Assembly (NCBI RefSeq): GCF_006345805.1
Contig: NC_042998.1
Coordinates: 24,986,001-25,050,000 of the forward strand
Reading direction: 5' to 3'
Length of the DNA stretch: 64,000 nucleotides
Source of the DNA: Octopus sinensis
Lineage: Eukaryota
In this document: piece after piece, positions 24,846 to 36,804 of the stretch
Numbering within the stretch: the stretch's first letter is position 1
Layout: each line of letters begins with the position of its first letter
The notes under the pieces: generated by a model
Database searches by the model: none
What the model saw: the letters and a program-made list of their open reading frames with translations, nothing else
Told to the model about the DNA's origin: nothing
Made by a program: the position numbers and the translations under genes

Positions 24846-25118
24846 TTCCATTGTCTGTTTTGGGGTGGTTCTAATGTCACCCACTTTACAGTGAGTACTG
24901 AGTGCTTTTTAAGTGGTGCCAGCACCAGTGCTTTTTCATGGCACCTGCACAAGTGTTTTTTACACAATACCATCTCCAGTGATCATGTGGCACCAGCACT
25001 ATTGCTTTTTGTGAGGTACCAACACCAGTGCTTTTTATGTGAGACCAGTACCAGTGGATTTGGATGATAGAAATTAAAAGAAGCCTATTGTAAATGTATT
25101 TATGTATATGTGTGTGTA

Positions 25119-25375
25119 GTGGAGGTGCATGGCTTAGTGGTTAGGTTGTTGAACTCATGATCATTAGGTTGTGGTTTCGATTCCATGACCAGGCGATGCG
25201 TTGTGTTCTTGAGCAAAACACTTTATTTCACATTTCTCCAGTCCACTCAGATGGCAAAAATGAGTAATTCTGCGATGGACCAGTGTCCCGCCCAGGTGGG
25301 GAATTTCTACGCCACTGAAACCTGGAATCCAGCCTTTATGAGCTTGGCATGGCTCAAGAAGGAATACTTATTTTA
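25119..25375 (+). mobile_element. SINE-V variant
   Basis: GTGGAGGTGCATGGCTTAGTGG A box, GGTTTCGATTCC B box, GTTGTGTTCTTGAGCAAAACAC, CTGCGATGGACC...CCCAGGTGGGGAA. Confidence 0.7.
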
Positions 25376-26229
25376 TAACTATATGTGTGTATACGCATGC
25401 ATAAGTGTGTGTGTATGTATTTGTGTATGTGTATTCAGATAAATGTCTGTATCTCCATGTTTTGAAACCATGCAATAATTTTAAACAAGCATCACCTTAA
25501 TGCCAGCAGCATAAATTGTTTCCGATCTTCTTTGAAAATGTGAGGCCTTGGTGAAACCTTACCTTGCTTGGAAGCACGTAAAAGTTGGTGACAGGAGGAA
25601 AGTCATTGACAAATCTACCTCAATGAACTTCATATGACCCAAGCAAGCATGGAAAATCGAATGGTAAAGCAATGATGATGATGATGATGATGTGCTATAC
25701 CAGCGTTCTGAAGGCTTTGAAGAATCTTAATACACTTTATGATTACTATATAGGTCTGTTATTAAAATTTAATTATAAACTCGTTACACAGCTGAACACT
25801 GATTTCTACAAGCAATAGAGCTATATATGCATGGGGAATATATTCATATTTGCCGAGTAACCACATAATTATTGTCAATTCTAATTTACTGGTTTGAACT
25901 TATTCATGTTAATGGCATTTTGTTGCAAGACTTAAGAGATTATAGATTGATGTAAAAATTAGGATATATTGACTCAAAGATATCTAATTAGATATATCTA
26001 TCAGATATAATGACTTGAAAATATTTAATTTAAAATCTGTAGTTGCTAACATATTCTTTTATTCATTCAGTGAGTGGTTCCAGTTGTTGCATTAAAGTCA
26101 ATCAGTTTGTATTGATCTCAGTATTTTTATTGACCTCATAAGAAAAAAGAAAAGGGCATAAAGGTATATTACAAGGACAGACCCAAATAAAACAAGGCAC
26201 TTTAGTGCAACTCTGCTATCTCTTGCCAG

Positions 26230-26404
26230 AGTGACTGTGTGGTAAGTAGCTTGCTTAACAACCACATGGTTTCAGGTTCAGTCCCACTGCGTGGCACCTT
26301 GGGCAAGTGTCTTCTACTATAGCTTCAGGCCAACCAAAGCCTTGTGAGTAGATTTGGTAGATGGAAACTGAAAGAAGCCCATCGTGTATACATATATATA
26401 TGTA

Positions 26405-26435
<31 letters not shown>

Positions 26436-26640
26436 GTATGCTTGTGTCTGTGTTTCTCCCCACCAACATCGCTTGACAACCGATGCTGGTGTGTTTATGT
26501 CCCCATAACTTAGCGGTTCATCAAAAGAGACCAATAGAATAAGTACTAGGCTTAAAAGAATAAGTCCTGGAATTGATTTGCTTGACTAAAGGCAGTGCTC
26601 CAGCATGGCCGCTGTCAAATGACTGAAACAAGTAAAAAAA
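26230..26640 (+). mobile_element. SINE-A, near full length
   Basis: GAGTGACTGTGTGGTAAGTAGC head through AAATGACTGAAACAAGT tail. Confidence 0.9.
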
Positions 26641-26829
26641 AAATATATGCAGGTTTGGATCAACTGAATTTCACTGGAAAAGCTTTGATCAATCTGAGAC
26701 TGTAGTAAGAGAGACATACATAAGGTGCCATATAGTAGGTTTGAACCCAGAACCACTTGTTTACAAAGCAAAATTCTCAACCAACCAGCCACTTCACACT
26801 CATATACTCACAAAACAATAAGATCTAAA

Positions 26830-27345
26830 TCCATGCTAAACAATTTCTTTGGTTTTCTTTGTTAAGTCTCAAGGAATTTTAAAAAATGCAACTGTTTTTC
26901 AATAGGTTTTAACTGATCCGATGCTTGATGGTATTAATACATAATGTTAATAATTCCTGATACTTTAAATTCAAGATTCTTCTGAAAAGGAAACGGTAAA
27001 GTTGAAAGCTTGGATAAGCTCAACAGATTCTTTACATTTAAACATCATTGCATGTAAGCAATTATAATAAATAACTGCTTCTGAATCGTTTCCAGGAATA
27101 CTCTTAGACAGGTCAATGATTTCTTTTTGTATCTTAATAATTTGGAGGTTACAGAGCTAATAGCTTTAAACCTTAACGGGCAGACATCATCGTTGATGTA
27201 ACCATCATCAATTAATGCCTGAGTGGCTTCTTTGGCAAATGCTTCTAAGCGTAAGTGACCCTTATCAATGGGAGAAATCAAGTCACAAATGAAAGATTTA
27301 TACAGCAATGAAGAAGATTTTTCTGATTTTTCCTTCCTTTTTCAG
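26830..27345 (-). pseudogene. Degenerate protein-coding relic, probably a DNA-transposon transposase (family unassigned)
   Basis: Non-repetitive reading frame KSFICDLISPIDKGHLRLEAFAKEATQALIDDGYI... with scattered stops; continues in frame beyond the SINE at 27754-27860. Confidence 0.3.
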
Positions 27346-27357
27346 ATAAGGTACATG

Positions 27358-27741
27358 GCGGAAGCACTCCGTCGGTTACGACGATGACGGTTCCAGTTGA
27401 TCCGATCAACGGAACAGCCTGCTCATGAAATTTACGTGTAAGTGGCTGAGCACTCCACAGACACGTGTACCCTTAACGTAGTTCTCGGGGATATTCAGCG
27501 TGACACAGAGAATGACAAGGCCGGCCCTTTGAAATACAGGTACAACAGAAACAGGAAGTAAGAGTGAGAGAAAGTTGTGGTGAAAGAGTACAGCAGAGAT
27601 CACCACCATCCCTGCCGGAGCCTCGTGGAGCTTTAGGTGTTTTCACTCAATAAACACACACAACGCCCGGTCTGGGAATCGAAACCGCGATCCTACGACC
27701 GCGAGTCCGCTGCCCTAACCACTGGGCCATTGCACCTCCAC
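27358..27741 (-). mobile_element. Young tRNA-derived SINE (SINE-V-type head, different tail) with perfect 12-bp TSD
   Basis: ATAAGGTACATG at 27346-27357 and 27742-27753; head GTGGAGGTGCAATGGCCCAGTGG...GGTTTCGATTCCC; CpGs retained. Confidence 0.9.
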
Positions 27742-27864
27742 ATAAGGTACATGATGATGTTCCAGACAGCATGGAAGAAGAGATGCTTCAACAACAGTTT
27801 TTTCAACTCTGGAAAAAACTGCACTGATTTTTTTCCATTAGCACATTCATCAAATTCAATGAAA

Positions 27865-28345
27865 TCGAAATCAAATTTGATGACTTGCATCTGTGCTAGT
27901 GGAGTGCTAAGAGTGCCATCCAAGCATGATCGTTGCTAGAGCAGCTAACTGGCTTCCATGCTAGTGGCATGTAAAAGTCACCATTCGAGCGTGATTGCCA
28001 CCAGTGTTACCTTGGCACTTGTGCTGCTGGAACATTGAAAACATTCGAGTGAGGTCGTTGCCAGTGCCGCTGGACAGGCTCCTGTGCAGGTGGCATGTAA
28101 AAATACACCATTTGAGCATGGCTGTTGCCAGTACTGCCTGACTGGCCCTTGTGCCAGTGGCACGTAAAAGCAGTCACTACACTCTCGAAGTGGTTGGCAT
28201 TAGGAAGGGCATCCAGCTATAGAAACTCTGCCAGATCAGATTGGAGCCATCTGGTTCACCAGTCCTCAGTCAAATCATCCAAGCCATGCTAGCATGGAAA
28301 GCGGACGTTAAACGATGATGATGATGATGATGATTATGATGATGT
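27865..28345 (+). mobile_element. RTE 3'UTR-only copy
   Basis: GTGGCATGTAAAA sub-repeats, GGAAGGGCATCCAGC, (GAT)n tail. Confidence 0.8.
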
Positions 28346-29019
28346 TTGACAACACCAATGCAAGTATCTCAAATAAATTTATTCTCATACCATTTATAAA
28401 GGAAAGTGGATATCTTATGACCCTTTATGATAATGGGATAGCATCATAAATTTTACTGTGTGAGAGACTAACAACTATTATATATTTTTTCGTATTTATT
28501 TCAAATGAAAATAAGTATGAAAATTACCCTCAAGGAAAAGAGTGTATTTTTTGTGTTTTGCCCATTTGACGCAGACATTCATACGACCCTTTTCTGCTGT
28601 TTAAGGGTTAACAGGTGTGTGTCTCTTTGGTTTGACACACATACCTATGATTTATTTATTCATTTCACCTCAACACTGAAATCTAATGAAATTATCAAGA
28701 ACTTATTTTGCCTGTATTTGTGCATGGTATTTATATATAGGCAGGTGGTGGTAGTTGTTGCTGTTTATCCCCTGCAGGTCTTCCCTGGTCGAGAAAACCT
28801 ATGACTAAGGGAATTCCGTCTGTGATCAATCCGTCTTTCTATAGAGAATAAAGCTACATTGACCATGTCATTTTAATTTTAAAATCAGTATGGGAGTAAT
28901 TTTGGGGAGATTTAGCTTGCTGTAACAACGTCTTGAGAGCTTGCATAGGGGCTCATTCTTTCACTTGGTGGATTACATAAATGAAATTTATCAGAGATTA
29001 TTATAAGCCAAAAGAAGGC

Positions 29020-29965
29020 TATGAGCTGGCAGAATCATTAGCACACTGAGAAAAATACTTAGCAGCATTTCATCTGTCTTTGTGTTCTGAGCTCATATTT
29101 CACTGAGGTCAACTTTGCTTCTCATCCTACAGGGGGTCAATATAACAGGTTCCAGCTGAACACTGGAGTTGATGTAATCAACTTATTCCCTGCCCCCGAG
29201 TATGCTGACCATGTGCCAAAATTTGAAACCATTATCATGAAAAGGGACAAAGCAGTGAGCTGGCAGAATCATTAGCATGCTGGGTGAAATGCTTAACGGT
29301 ATTTCAGGCCTTGTGCCTAGAGTAGAAAGGATTATTATTATTATTTCAATAATAGTTGCAAGCTGGGTGAAATGCTTAGTGGTATTTCATCTGTCTTTAC
29401 ATTCTGAATTCAAATTCTGCCAAGGTTGACTTTGCGTTTTATTCTTTCAGGGTCGATAAATTAAGTACCATACCAGTTGCATACTGGGGTTGATCTAATC
29501 GACTGGCTCCCTCCCCCAAAATTGCGAGCCTTGTGCCTAGTGTAGAAAAGAATTGTTAGCATGCCAAGAGCATTGCTTAGCAATATTTCATCTGTGTTTA
29601 TGTTCTGAGTTCAAATTCGTCTGATATTGACTTTGCCTTTCATCCTATTGGGTTTGATAAAATAGGTACCAGTTAAGTACTGGGGTCGATGTAATTGGTT
29701 CGTTACCTCTTCCTAATTGCTGGCCTTGTGCCAAAATTTGAAATCCTCATTAATAACACAGTTAGAGCAGCAAACTGGCAGAATTGTTAGCACAGTGTTG
29801 GGCAAAATGTCTCAAGCTTTATGCTCTGAGTTCAAATTCCACTGAGGTCGACTTTGCATTTCATCCTTTTGGGGTCGATAGAATAAGTACCAGCTGAGTA
29901 CTGGGGTTGATGCAATCAACTAACCTTCTCCCCACAATTTCAGGGCTTGTGCCGACAGTAGAAAT
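29020..29965 (+). mobile_element. Cluster of five same-orientation SINE-B-type copies
   Basis: GCTGGCAGAAT...TTAGCA heads near 29020, 29255, 29360, 29545, 29770; repeated GAC/AACTTTGC...TCATCC domains. Confidence 0.75.
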
Positions 29966-30161
29966 GATAACCATAAACACAGTTTACTGTGTGAATGGTT
30001 CTTTCTATACGGCGCCGTTTTAACAATCCTGTAAATAATGATAATGGTATTTTATATAAGTTTAAAGCTTATGGTGATCACCGTGCAATAACTAAGGAAA
30101 ATAATCTAATAATGGGGCATATAGGCACAGGAGTGGCTGTGTGGTAAGTAGCTCGCTAACC

Positions 30162-32216
30162 ACTGAAGTGTTCGGACGTGTTTTTTTTGCTGCTCCAGAT
30201 GAACGTTGTTTCAACGTGAATTGTTAAACTTTCGACTCGACTAAAGGTGGGAATTTTGTATTTTTGTGAGCAAAGTGAAGTTTTATTACTTGCGTTAATG
30301 TTTTTTAGCATTAAATATTTTTTTAGCAGATAATAAGGCTCCACTTTGCTCCGGATATAATTTTTCTGCCTGTTGTCGGGTGTGAAGAAAATTGTGTTTT
30401 TGAGGCGGCGTAGTCCGTCTACAAAAATTATTTTTGAAATTGTCGTTGTGTTATCCACGGGATTTACCAAGGATTATTTTACCAAGGTGTTTTACCAACA
30501 GTGTATTTGGCCTGGAATACAATTTTTGGCCGAAAAAGTGAAAACAAAAAAAAAAGAAAAATTAATTCCTTTGTCTGAATTTGAACTCTCTTTCTCCGTC
30601 TATCATTCATTTGTAAAAAAAAAATAACTTTTTTTGAACTGCCATTTTAATTTTATTTCTTCCCTTCTGTTGCTTTTTTTCATTCTCCTTTCTGTGTCTA
30701 ATTTATTTTGTAACATTTTGAACTGTTTTTCTTAAGTTATGGCAAGGAATTTCACTGTGTGGGAATTGACACCCCCCCAAAAATATTTGAACGAACTTGA
30801 GGAAAAGACAGTGGTGCTGAGGACATATTCGAAGTCACTCGACACCATAATGGTCTTTCCGAAAGACACAATTATGAACGAGCTGGCAGACTATATGCCA
30901 GCCGTTAAACATATTCAACGGGGAGCCAAATACGCAACGATTTGGTTGCTGTTTGACTCCCCTAAAGCAGCTTGCGATTTCGCGAGTAAGCCCATTGAGG
31001 GCGAAGAGATTCTGTTTCTCCCAAGCTATAAGGGGGAAAAATTGATACGTTTATGGGTCTGCGGCCTGCCGCCCGGCTTTGAGCCCAAGTGGGTGGAAGA
31101 TTCCATCCGCCGGGGTCTGAGTGGTGGTTGCGCCAAGATCCTGAACGTGAGAATGCAGCCTGCGGCTGACTGGGAAGGGGCAAAGGCTACTTTGACTCTG
31201 TGGACCCAGTCGGCCAAGAGTCTGGTTTTGCCGGACTTCTTGAAGATGGCCGGGTCCAAGTATCCGGTGATACTTGAGGGACGCGCCCCCAAGTGTCACC
31301 TGTGTTCGGAGACCGGCCACATTAAGAAAAACTGCCCCAGGAACCAGAGTAGGATCCTGGAGAAGTTAATATCAGAGCCTCTCCCTGCCCCACCAATGGA
31401 GGGAGAAAAACAAAGTGAGGAGGGGGAAAAATCCTCCTCCAAAAGAAAAAGAAGAGTGGGGAGCAATGGCGACCCACCAAAGGAACCGGAGGCTGCGGAA
31501 GAAAAAGAGGACCCGGTGCGTATAGCACCGGAACCTCAATCCCCCGAGGCCCAGCGTAAAAAGAAAAAGAAAAAGAGGAACGGGACGCCACCAGCGGACT
31601 GTAACACCCAGAGGGCGTCTCCCATGTGTCCTCCGGCGATTGTGATGCCGGAGAAATTTTATGTAGTCCTCTTCCATAAAGAAGGCACTGTAGAAAATGA
31701 AATACGTAAGAGGAGGAAGAGAAACCAATGGGAGGGACTTCGGTCCTGCATGGAGTATCCCGAGTGGCCTTTGCAGCTGGCTGCGGAGGTCCTACTCGAA
31801 AATGATATGTGCAGGATCGAGAATTCTTTCCCGGAGGATCTCTTGCAAGTCATACCTGTATGCGGAAGCCTGACGGTGGACGATTGCGTCATTAAAGCAA
31901 GAGAGTTCATCGGTCGGGTAACGTAAAATTGTAATTGTGTTACATTGTGACAGAGGTTTATTGCCTCTGAAGAGACTTTTAAAAGTGTAAATTGTAAATT
32001 GAAATTTTTGTGAAAATGTTTTGAATTTTTGTAATTTTTGAAATTTTGTAAATTATTGAAAAAAAAAAAGAACATTGTTTTAGAGAAGCGGGGGTCGGCG
32101 GGCGCTTTCGTCTTCTCCCATCACCATCTTCATTCCATCACCATCATTCATTAATGTCTATGTCCAGCCCGTAGCTACTATCTGTGTACTGCCCTTGTGG
32201 CAAATTAAATGAAATA
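30162..32216 (+). mobile_element. ~2.05-kb ORF1-only (ORF2-less) non-LTR retroelement
   Basis: ~580-bp 5'UTR starting ACTGAAGTGTTCGGACGTGTTTT, a single ORF, ~290-bp 3' region ending AATGAAATAAA, flanked by an imperfect 16-bp (perfect 8-bp AAGTAGCT) duplication. Confidence 0.75.
30739..31926 (+). CDS. LINE ORF1-like nucleic-acid-binding protein (putative RRM region, one CCHC zinc knuckle, basic/acidic low-complexity linker), L1/Tx1-like
   Basis: Uninterrupted 395-aa ORF from ATG; VILEGRAPK-CHLCSETGHIKKNC = CX2CX4HX4C; IRLWVCGLP resembles an RRM beta1 strand. Confidence 0.75.
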   Translation: MARNFTVWELTPPQKYLNELEEKTVVLRTYSKSLDTIMVFPKDTIMNELADYMPAVKHIQRGAKYATIWLLFDSPKAACDFASKPIEGEEILFLPSYKGEKLIRLWVCGLPPGFEPKWVEDSIRRGLSGGCAKILNVRMQPAADWEGAKATLTLWTQSAKSLVLPDFLKMAGSKYPVILEGRAPKCHLCSETGHIKKNCPRNQSRILEKLISEPLPAPPMEGEKQSEEGEKSSSKRKRRVGSNGDPPKEPEAAEEKEDPVRIAPEPQSPEAQRKKKKKKRNGTPPADCNTQRASPMCPPAIVMPEKFYVVLFHKEGTVENEIRKRRKRNQWEGLRSCMEYPEWPLQLAAEVLLENDMCRIENSFPEDLLQVIPVCGSLTVDDCVIKAREFIGRVT

Positions 32217-32689
32217 AAGTAGCTTGTTTACCAGCCACATGGTTCCGGGTTCAGTCCCACTGCGTGGCATCTTGGGCAAGTGTCATCTGCTATAGCCCCG
32301 GGCCGACCAATGCCTTGTAAGTGGATTTGGTAGACGGAAACTGAAAGAAGCCTGTCGTATATATGTATTTATATATATGTGTGTGTGTGTATATATTTGG
32401 GTGTCTGTGTTTGTCCCCCTAGCATTGCTTGACAACCGATGCTGGTGTGTTTACGTCACTGTCACTTAGCGGTTCGGCAAAATAGATCGATAGAATAAGT
32501 ACTGGGCTTACAAAGAATAAGTCCTGGGGTCGATTTGCTCGACTAAAGGCGATGCTCCAGCATGGCCACAGTCAAATGACTGAAACAAGTAAAAGAGTAA
32601 AAGAGAAGAGAGTATAAGCCCTTGACAGAAAAAAGAAGGCTCTTCTATCTGCAGATAGGAAAGCTTTCTTTTTCTGTCAAGGGCTTATA

Positions 32690-33102
32690 TACTCTTTACT
32701 CTTTACTCTTTTACTTGTTTCAGTCATTTGATTGCGGCCATGCTGGAGCACCGCCTTTAGTCGATCAAATCGACCCCGGAACTTATTCTTTGTAAGCCCA
32801 GTACTTATTCTATCGGTCTCTTTTGCCGAACCGCTATGTGACGGGGACGTAGACACACCAGCATCGGGTGTCAAGCAATGCTAGGGGGACAAACACAGAC
32901 ACACAAACACATACACACACACACATATATATATATACATATATACGACAGGCTTCTTTCAGTTTCCGTCTACCAAATCCACTCACAAGGCATTGTTCGG
33001 CCCGGGGCTATAGCAGAAGACACTTGCCCAAGATGCCACGCAGTGGGACTGAACCCGCAACCATGTTGTTGGTTAGCAAGCTACTTACCACACAGCCACT
33101 CC
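32690..33102 (-). mobile_element. SINE-A, mirror arm of a fold-back structure
   Basis: Same subfamily variants as 32217-32610 (GCATCTTGGG, GCTATAGCCCCGGG, TACTGGGC). Confidence 0.9.
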
Positions 33103-33239
33103 TGCCCCTTTATTAGACTACTTTCCTTAGTCTTGCATGGTGATTGCCATAAGCTTTAAGCCTATATAAAAATAACACAGTTTACTGTTTGTGAGATGGA
33201 AGGAATCAACTTTTCAGCTGTTATTGGTTTGTCTCACAC

Positions 33240-33530
33240 AGTTGAATATCTTTGAAAATGAATAAATATTACAAATTCAATATTCAAATTTATGATCATT
33301 TCTTTTGTGTTTACCTATATCATGCAGCCTTTCTAGAATTAGTTCTGTGAAAGAATTTGCATGTATTGGGTGGAAATATTCAGTAAGAATCTCCAGATTT
33401 TTATCTATGTTTGTAATTTGTGATTGGTCGAGGATATGATTAAATATGTAGAATATTTCACTATAAAAGGATAAGGATAAGTTTTCAACATATTTAAAAC
33501 GCGAACCTCTATAATTCAGCAAAGAATATA
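33240..33530 (-). pseudogene. Possible Penelope-like RT fragment
   Basis: EILTEYFHPIHANSFTELILE resembles the PLE RT segment preceding GTAMG; no catalytic motif visible. Confidence 0.35.
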
Positions 33531-33649
33531 AAGAATGAAATTTAATTGAGAAATAAATAAATATAAAGTTGCAGAATAGAAAATGTTATTCAAATCCATT
33601 TTAGGGAAGATATTAATATACAAATGTATTGTAATGAGTGTCTAAATGT

Positions 33650-33771
33650 AGTTTAAATATATATATATGTAAAATATTTCATTCTGTTAATTGCATCTAC
33701 TATATATACATATACATACATATATGTATGCCCGTATGTATGTGTGCATATATATACATGTATATACATAC

Positions 33772-33829
<58 letters not shown>

Positions 33830-33952
33830 ATATACATGTATATATATACATGTATATATATGTATGTATATACATGTATATATATACATGTATATATGTA
33901 TTTATATATATGTATGTATGTATGTATATCCATCTATCTATCTATCTATTTA

Positions 33953-34006
<54 letters not shown>

Positions 34007-34067
34007 CATATATATATTATATATTATATTATATAATTATATATATATATATTATTATATCTATCTA

Positions 34068-34098
<31 letters not shown>

Positions 34099-34105
34099 GA
34101 TATAA
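33650..34105. repeat. (TA)n/(TATG)n/(TC)n compound microsatellite
   Basis: Directly visible. Confidence 0.9.
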
Positions 34106-34647
34106 ATTAAACAACTACATGTGTGCATAGATATATATGCGTATTTTTGTATCATTTTTATTTTTATAATTACGATCGACCATTTGTATAAGGTAACTTT
34201 AAATTATATTGTAGTTTCAAAACCATTAGATTAACGAAATAGTCATATGAATTATAGTCTCAGGTGAATGTAATTATTAGTGAATAGCTTAATGTCCATT
34301 TGAAAACCCATTACCTTTCAGTGTTTGCTCGTACAAAATTAAATAATTGTAATAAGTTGAGTGTTTTTTTTTTTCCTTTTCTGAATCATATTGGAACATT
34401 AGGAACTCAATACTTAAATATCATAAGTATTTAGAAATGATCTTTCTTCCCGTTCCTTTCTCATCACGTCATGTTTAGAAGGTATAATAAATAAGGAGAA
34501 AGTTTCTATATGTAGAGAAGAGAGAAAAAAAAAAAGAAGAAAACTCCATGAATGAAATAAGTTGAGTTTTGTCATTTCAGATGCGTATATATATACATGT
34601 GTGTATATGTTTAAACAAATATATATATACCTATGTATGTATATATA

Positions 34648-34678
<31 letters not shown>

Positions 34679-34909
34679 TATGTATATACACATGCATATA
34701 TATGTATGTATACATACATGTACACACACACACACACACCGTAATAATAATTTTCATGTCAAATATTCATAATCAGACATTAACTCAACAAAACCTCACA
34801 TATATTGAATTTCAGTTTTGTTTAATGTATAAATTATGTATTCTGTCATTTTATATATATACATATATATATATATATATTATATATATATATATAATAT
34901 ATATATATA

Positions 34910-34951
<42 letters not shown>

Positions 34952-35204
34952 GTATGTATATATATATATATATATGTATATATATGTATGTATGTATACA
35001 TAGATCATATTATATGTTGGTTCCCCTTTCATAGATTTAACAATACAAACATGCTATTTCTGTATCATATTTTAGGCATATCAAACTATATGCTGCTCAT
35101 TCTTTATTATTTGATATGCGAAGCCTTGTCACTCATTTAAGATTACAGAAACATGACTTTTCAAAGACTTCAGTACAGAACTCATTTTCTACATATCTTT
35201 CAGT

Positions 35205-35850
35205 TCCTCCTAATATCGGTTTCAAATTTTGGCACCAACCCCAGTTCTCAACTGGTACTTATTTTATTGATGAAGGCTGCAAGCTGGTAGAAACGTTAGC
35301 ACGCCGGGGGAAATGCATAGCAGTATTTCGTCTGCTGCTACGTTCTGAGTTCAAATTCCGCCGAGGTCGACTTTGCCTTTCCTCTTTTCGGGGTGATTAA
35401 GTAAGTATCAGTTACGCACTGGGGGGGGGGGGGTATGTAATCGACTTAATCCGTTTCTCTGTCCTTGTTTGTCCTCTCTGTGTTTAGCCCCTTGTGGTTA
35501 GTAAAAAAATAGATATTTCATCTGTCTTCACGTTCTATGTTCTAGCATGCCGGGTGAAATGCTTAGCAGTTACGTTCTGAGTTCAAATTCCACCAAGGTC
35601 AACTTTGCCTTTCATCCTTTCGGGATTGATTAAATAATTACCAGTTACACATTGGGGTCAATATAATCGACTTAATCCATTTATCTGTTCTTGTTTGCCC
35701 CCTCTGTGTGTAGCCCCTTGTGGGCAGTAAAGAAATGACTTATTTTATTGATACCAAAATGATGAAAGGCAAAGAAGACATCAGTAGAATTTGAACTCAG
35801 AATGTGAATATGGTTAAAGTACCACTAAGCATTTTGCTTGGTTTTCTACC
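35205..35850. mobile_element. Jumble of 4-5 SINE-B copies/fragments in both orientations
   Basis: Nin-like domains at ~35365 and ~35595 (+); GATGAAAGGCAAAG at 35761 (-). Confidence 0.7.
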
Positions 35851-35884
35851 TTAGTTCACCCTAATATTAGTGTGAGGTTAGTAT

Positions 35885-36215
35885 TAGTTAGTTTAGTTTA
35901 GTTAGTTAGTTAGTTAATTTTTTGGCTCAAAAAGCAAAAAGCAAGGCCATGTAGGGGGAAATGGAGTTATGTACAGGGTGGTGTTCATGTAAAGAGTTCA
36001 GGCCACTTGTGATCAAGGGAGACTTTGAACCGAGCAGTCGTCGGCATCTTCACCATCTTGTCCGGCAGCTTATTCCACGGATCCGCAACCCGGACGGAGA
36101 AAGCCCCTCTCCTTCGATTGAGATGAAATCGCCGCAGATAGAGCTTTTCGGAATGACCCCGCAGCCAACGCTCTGGAGCAGGAGTGAAGAACAGCTCTTT
36201 CGAAACAGGCTGCTA
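35885..36215 (-). mobile_element. CR1 LINE 3' fragment with (TAAC)n tail
   Basis: Reverse complement of 38600-38920 (CTTCACTCCTGCTCC...CTACATGGCCTT...TTTTGAGCC). Confidence 0.85.
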
Positions 36216-36486
36216 CTTAGCAGTTGGCCAAAGGGGTCTGATGGAATAAGCACCAGGCTTAAAAACAAAATGAAGAACAGGGTTCATTAGACTGAAATTC
36301 TTCATGGCAATTCCCCCTGCGGAGTTTCAGTCTGATGACTGCGACAAGAAAACGATAAAAGATACTACTGCACTTGATCACCATCATCATCATCACCATC
36401 ACCATCATCATCATCATAATTTAATGACTGTTGTCCATGCTGGCATGGGTTGGATGGTTTGACTGGGCTGAAAAGCTGAAAAGCTG

Positions 36487-36735
36487 TGGTGTTGTTGGTG
36501 CTAGTTGTTTTTGTGGTATTAGTGCTTGTGGTGTTGGTGGTGCCAGAGGTGCCAGTGGTGGTAGTGGTGCCGGTGGTGTTGTTTGTGCTAGTGGTGCTGG
36601 TGGTACTAGTGGTGCTAGTGGTGGTGGTTCTGCTGGTGGTGCTTTTGGTGCTGGTGGTGCTATTGGTGCTTGTGGTGTTGGTGGTGCCAGAGGTGATGGT
36701 GGTGGTAGTGTTGTTAGTGGTGCTAGTGGTTGTAA
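36487..36735. repeat. Degenerate GGTGCTAGT-like 9-mer / GGT minisatellite
   Basis: Directly visible; gives Gly/Ala-, Val- or Pro-rich pseudo-ORFs. Confidence 0.75.
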
Positions 36736-36804
36736 TACTGAAACAGTCTCTTGTTGATGTGGATTAGTTAAAGAAATGTCTACCATGTGTCATCCCAAAT
36801 GCAC

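Larger units (their letters stand above)
30121..32610 (+). mobile_element. SINE-A split by the ORF1-only element (head 30121-30161, remainder 32217-32610)
   Basis: Head stops at AAGTAGCTCGCTAACC and resumes at AAGTAGCTTGTTTACCAGCCACATGG. Confidence 0.85.

Noticed and set aside
30005-30025. AAACGGCGCCGTATAGAA (minus strand) as a half HHR beside the fold-back
   Set aside because: No matching CUGANGA/stem II found in register
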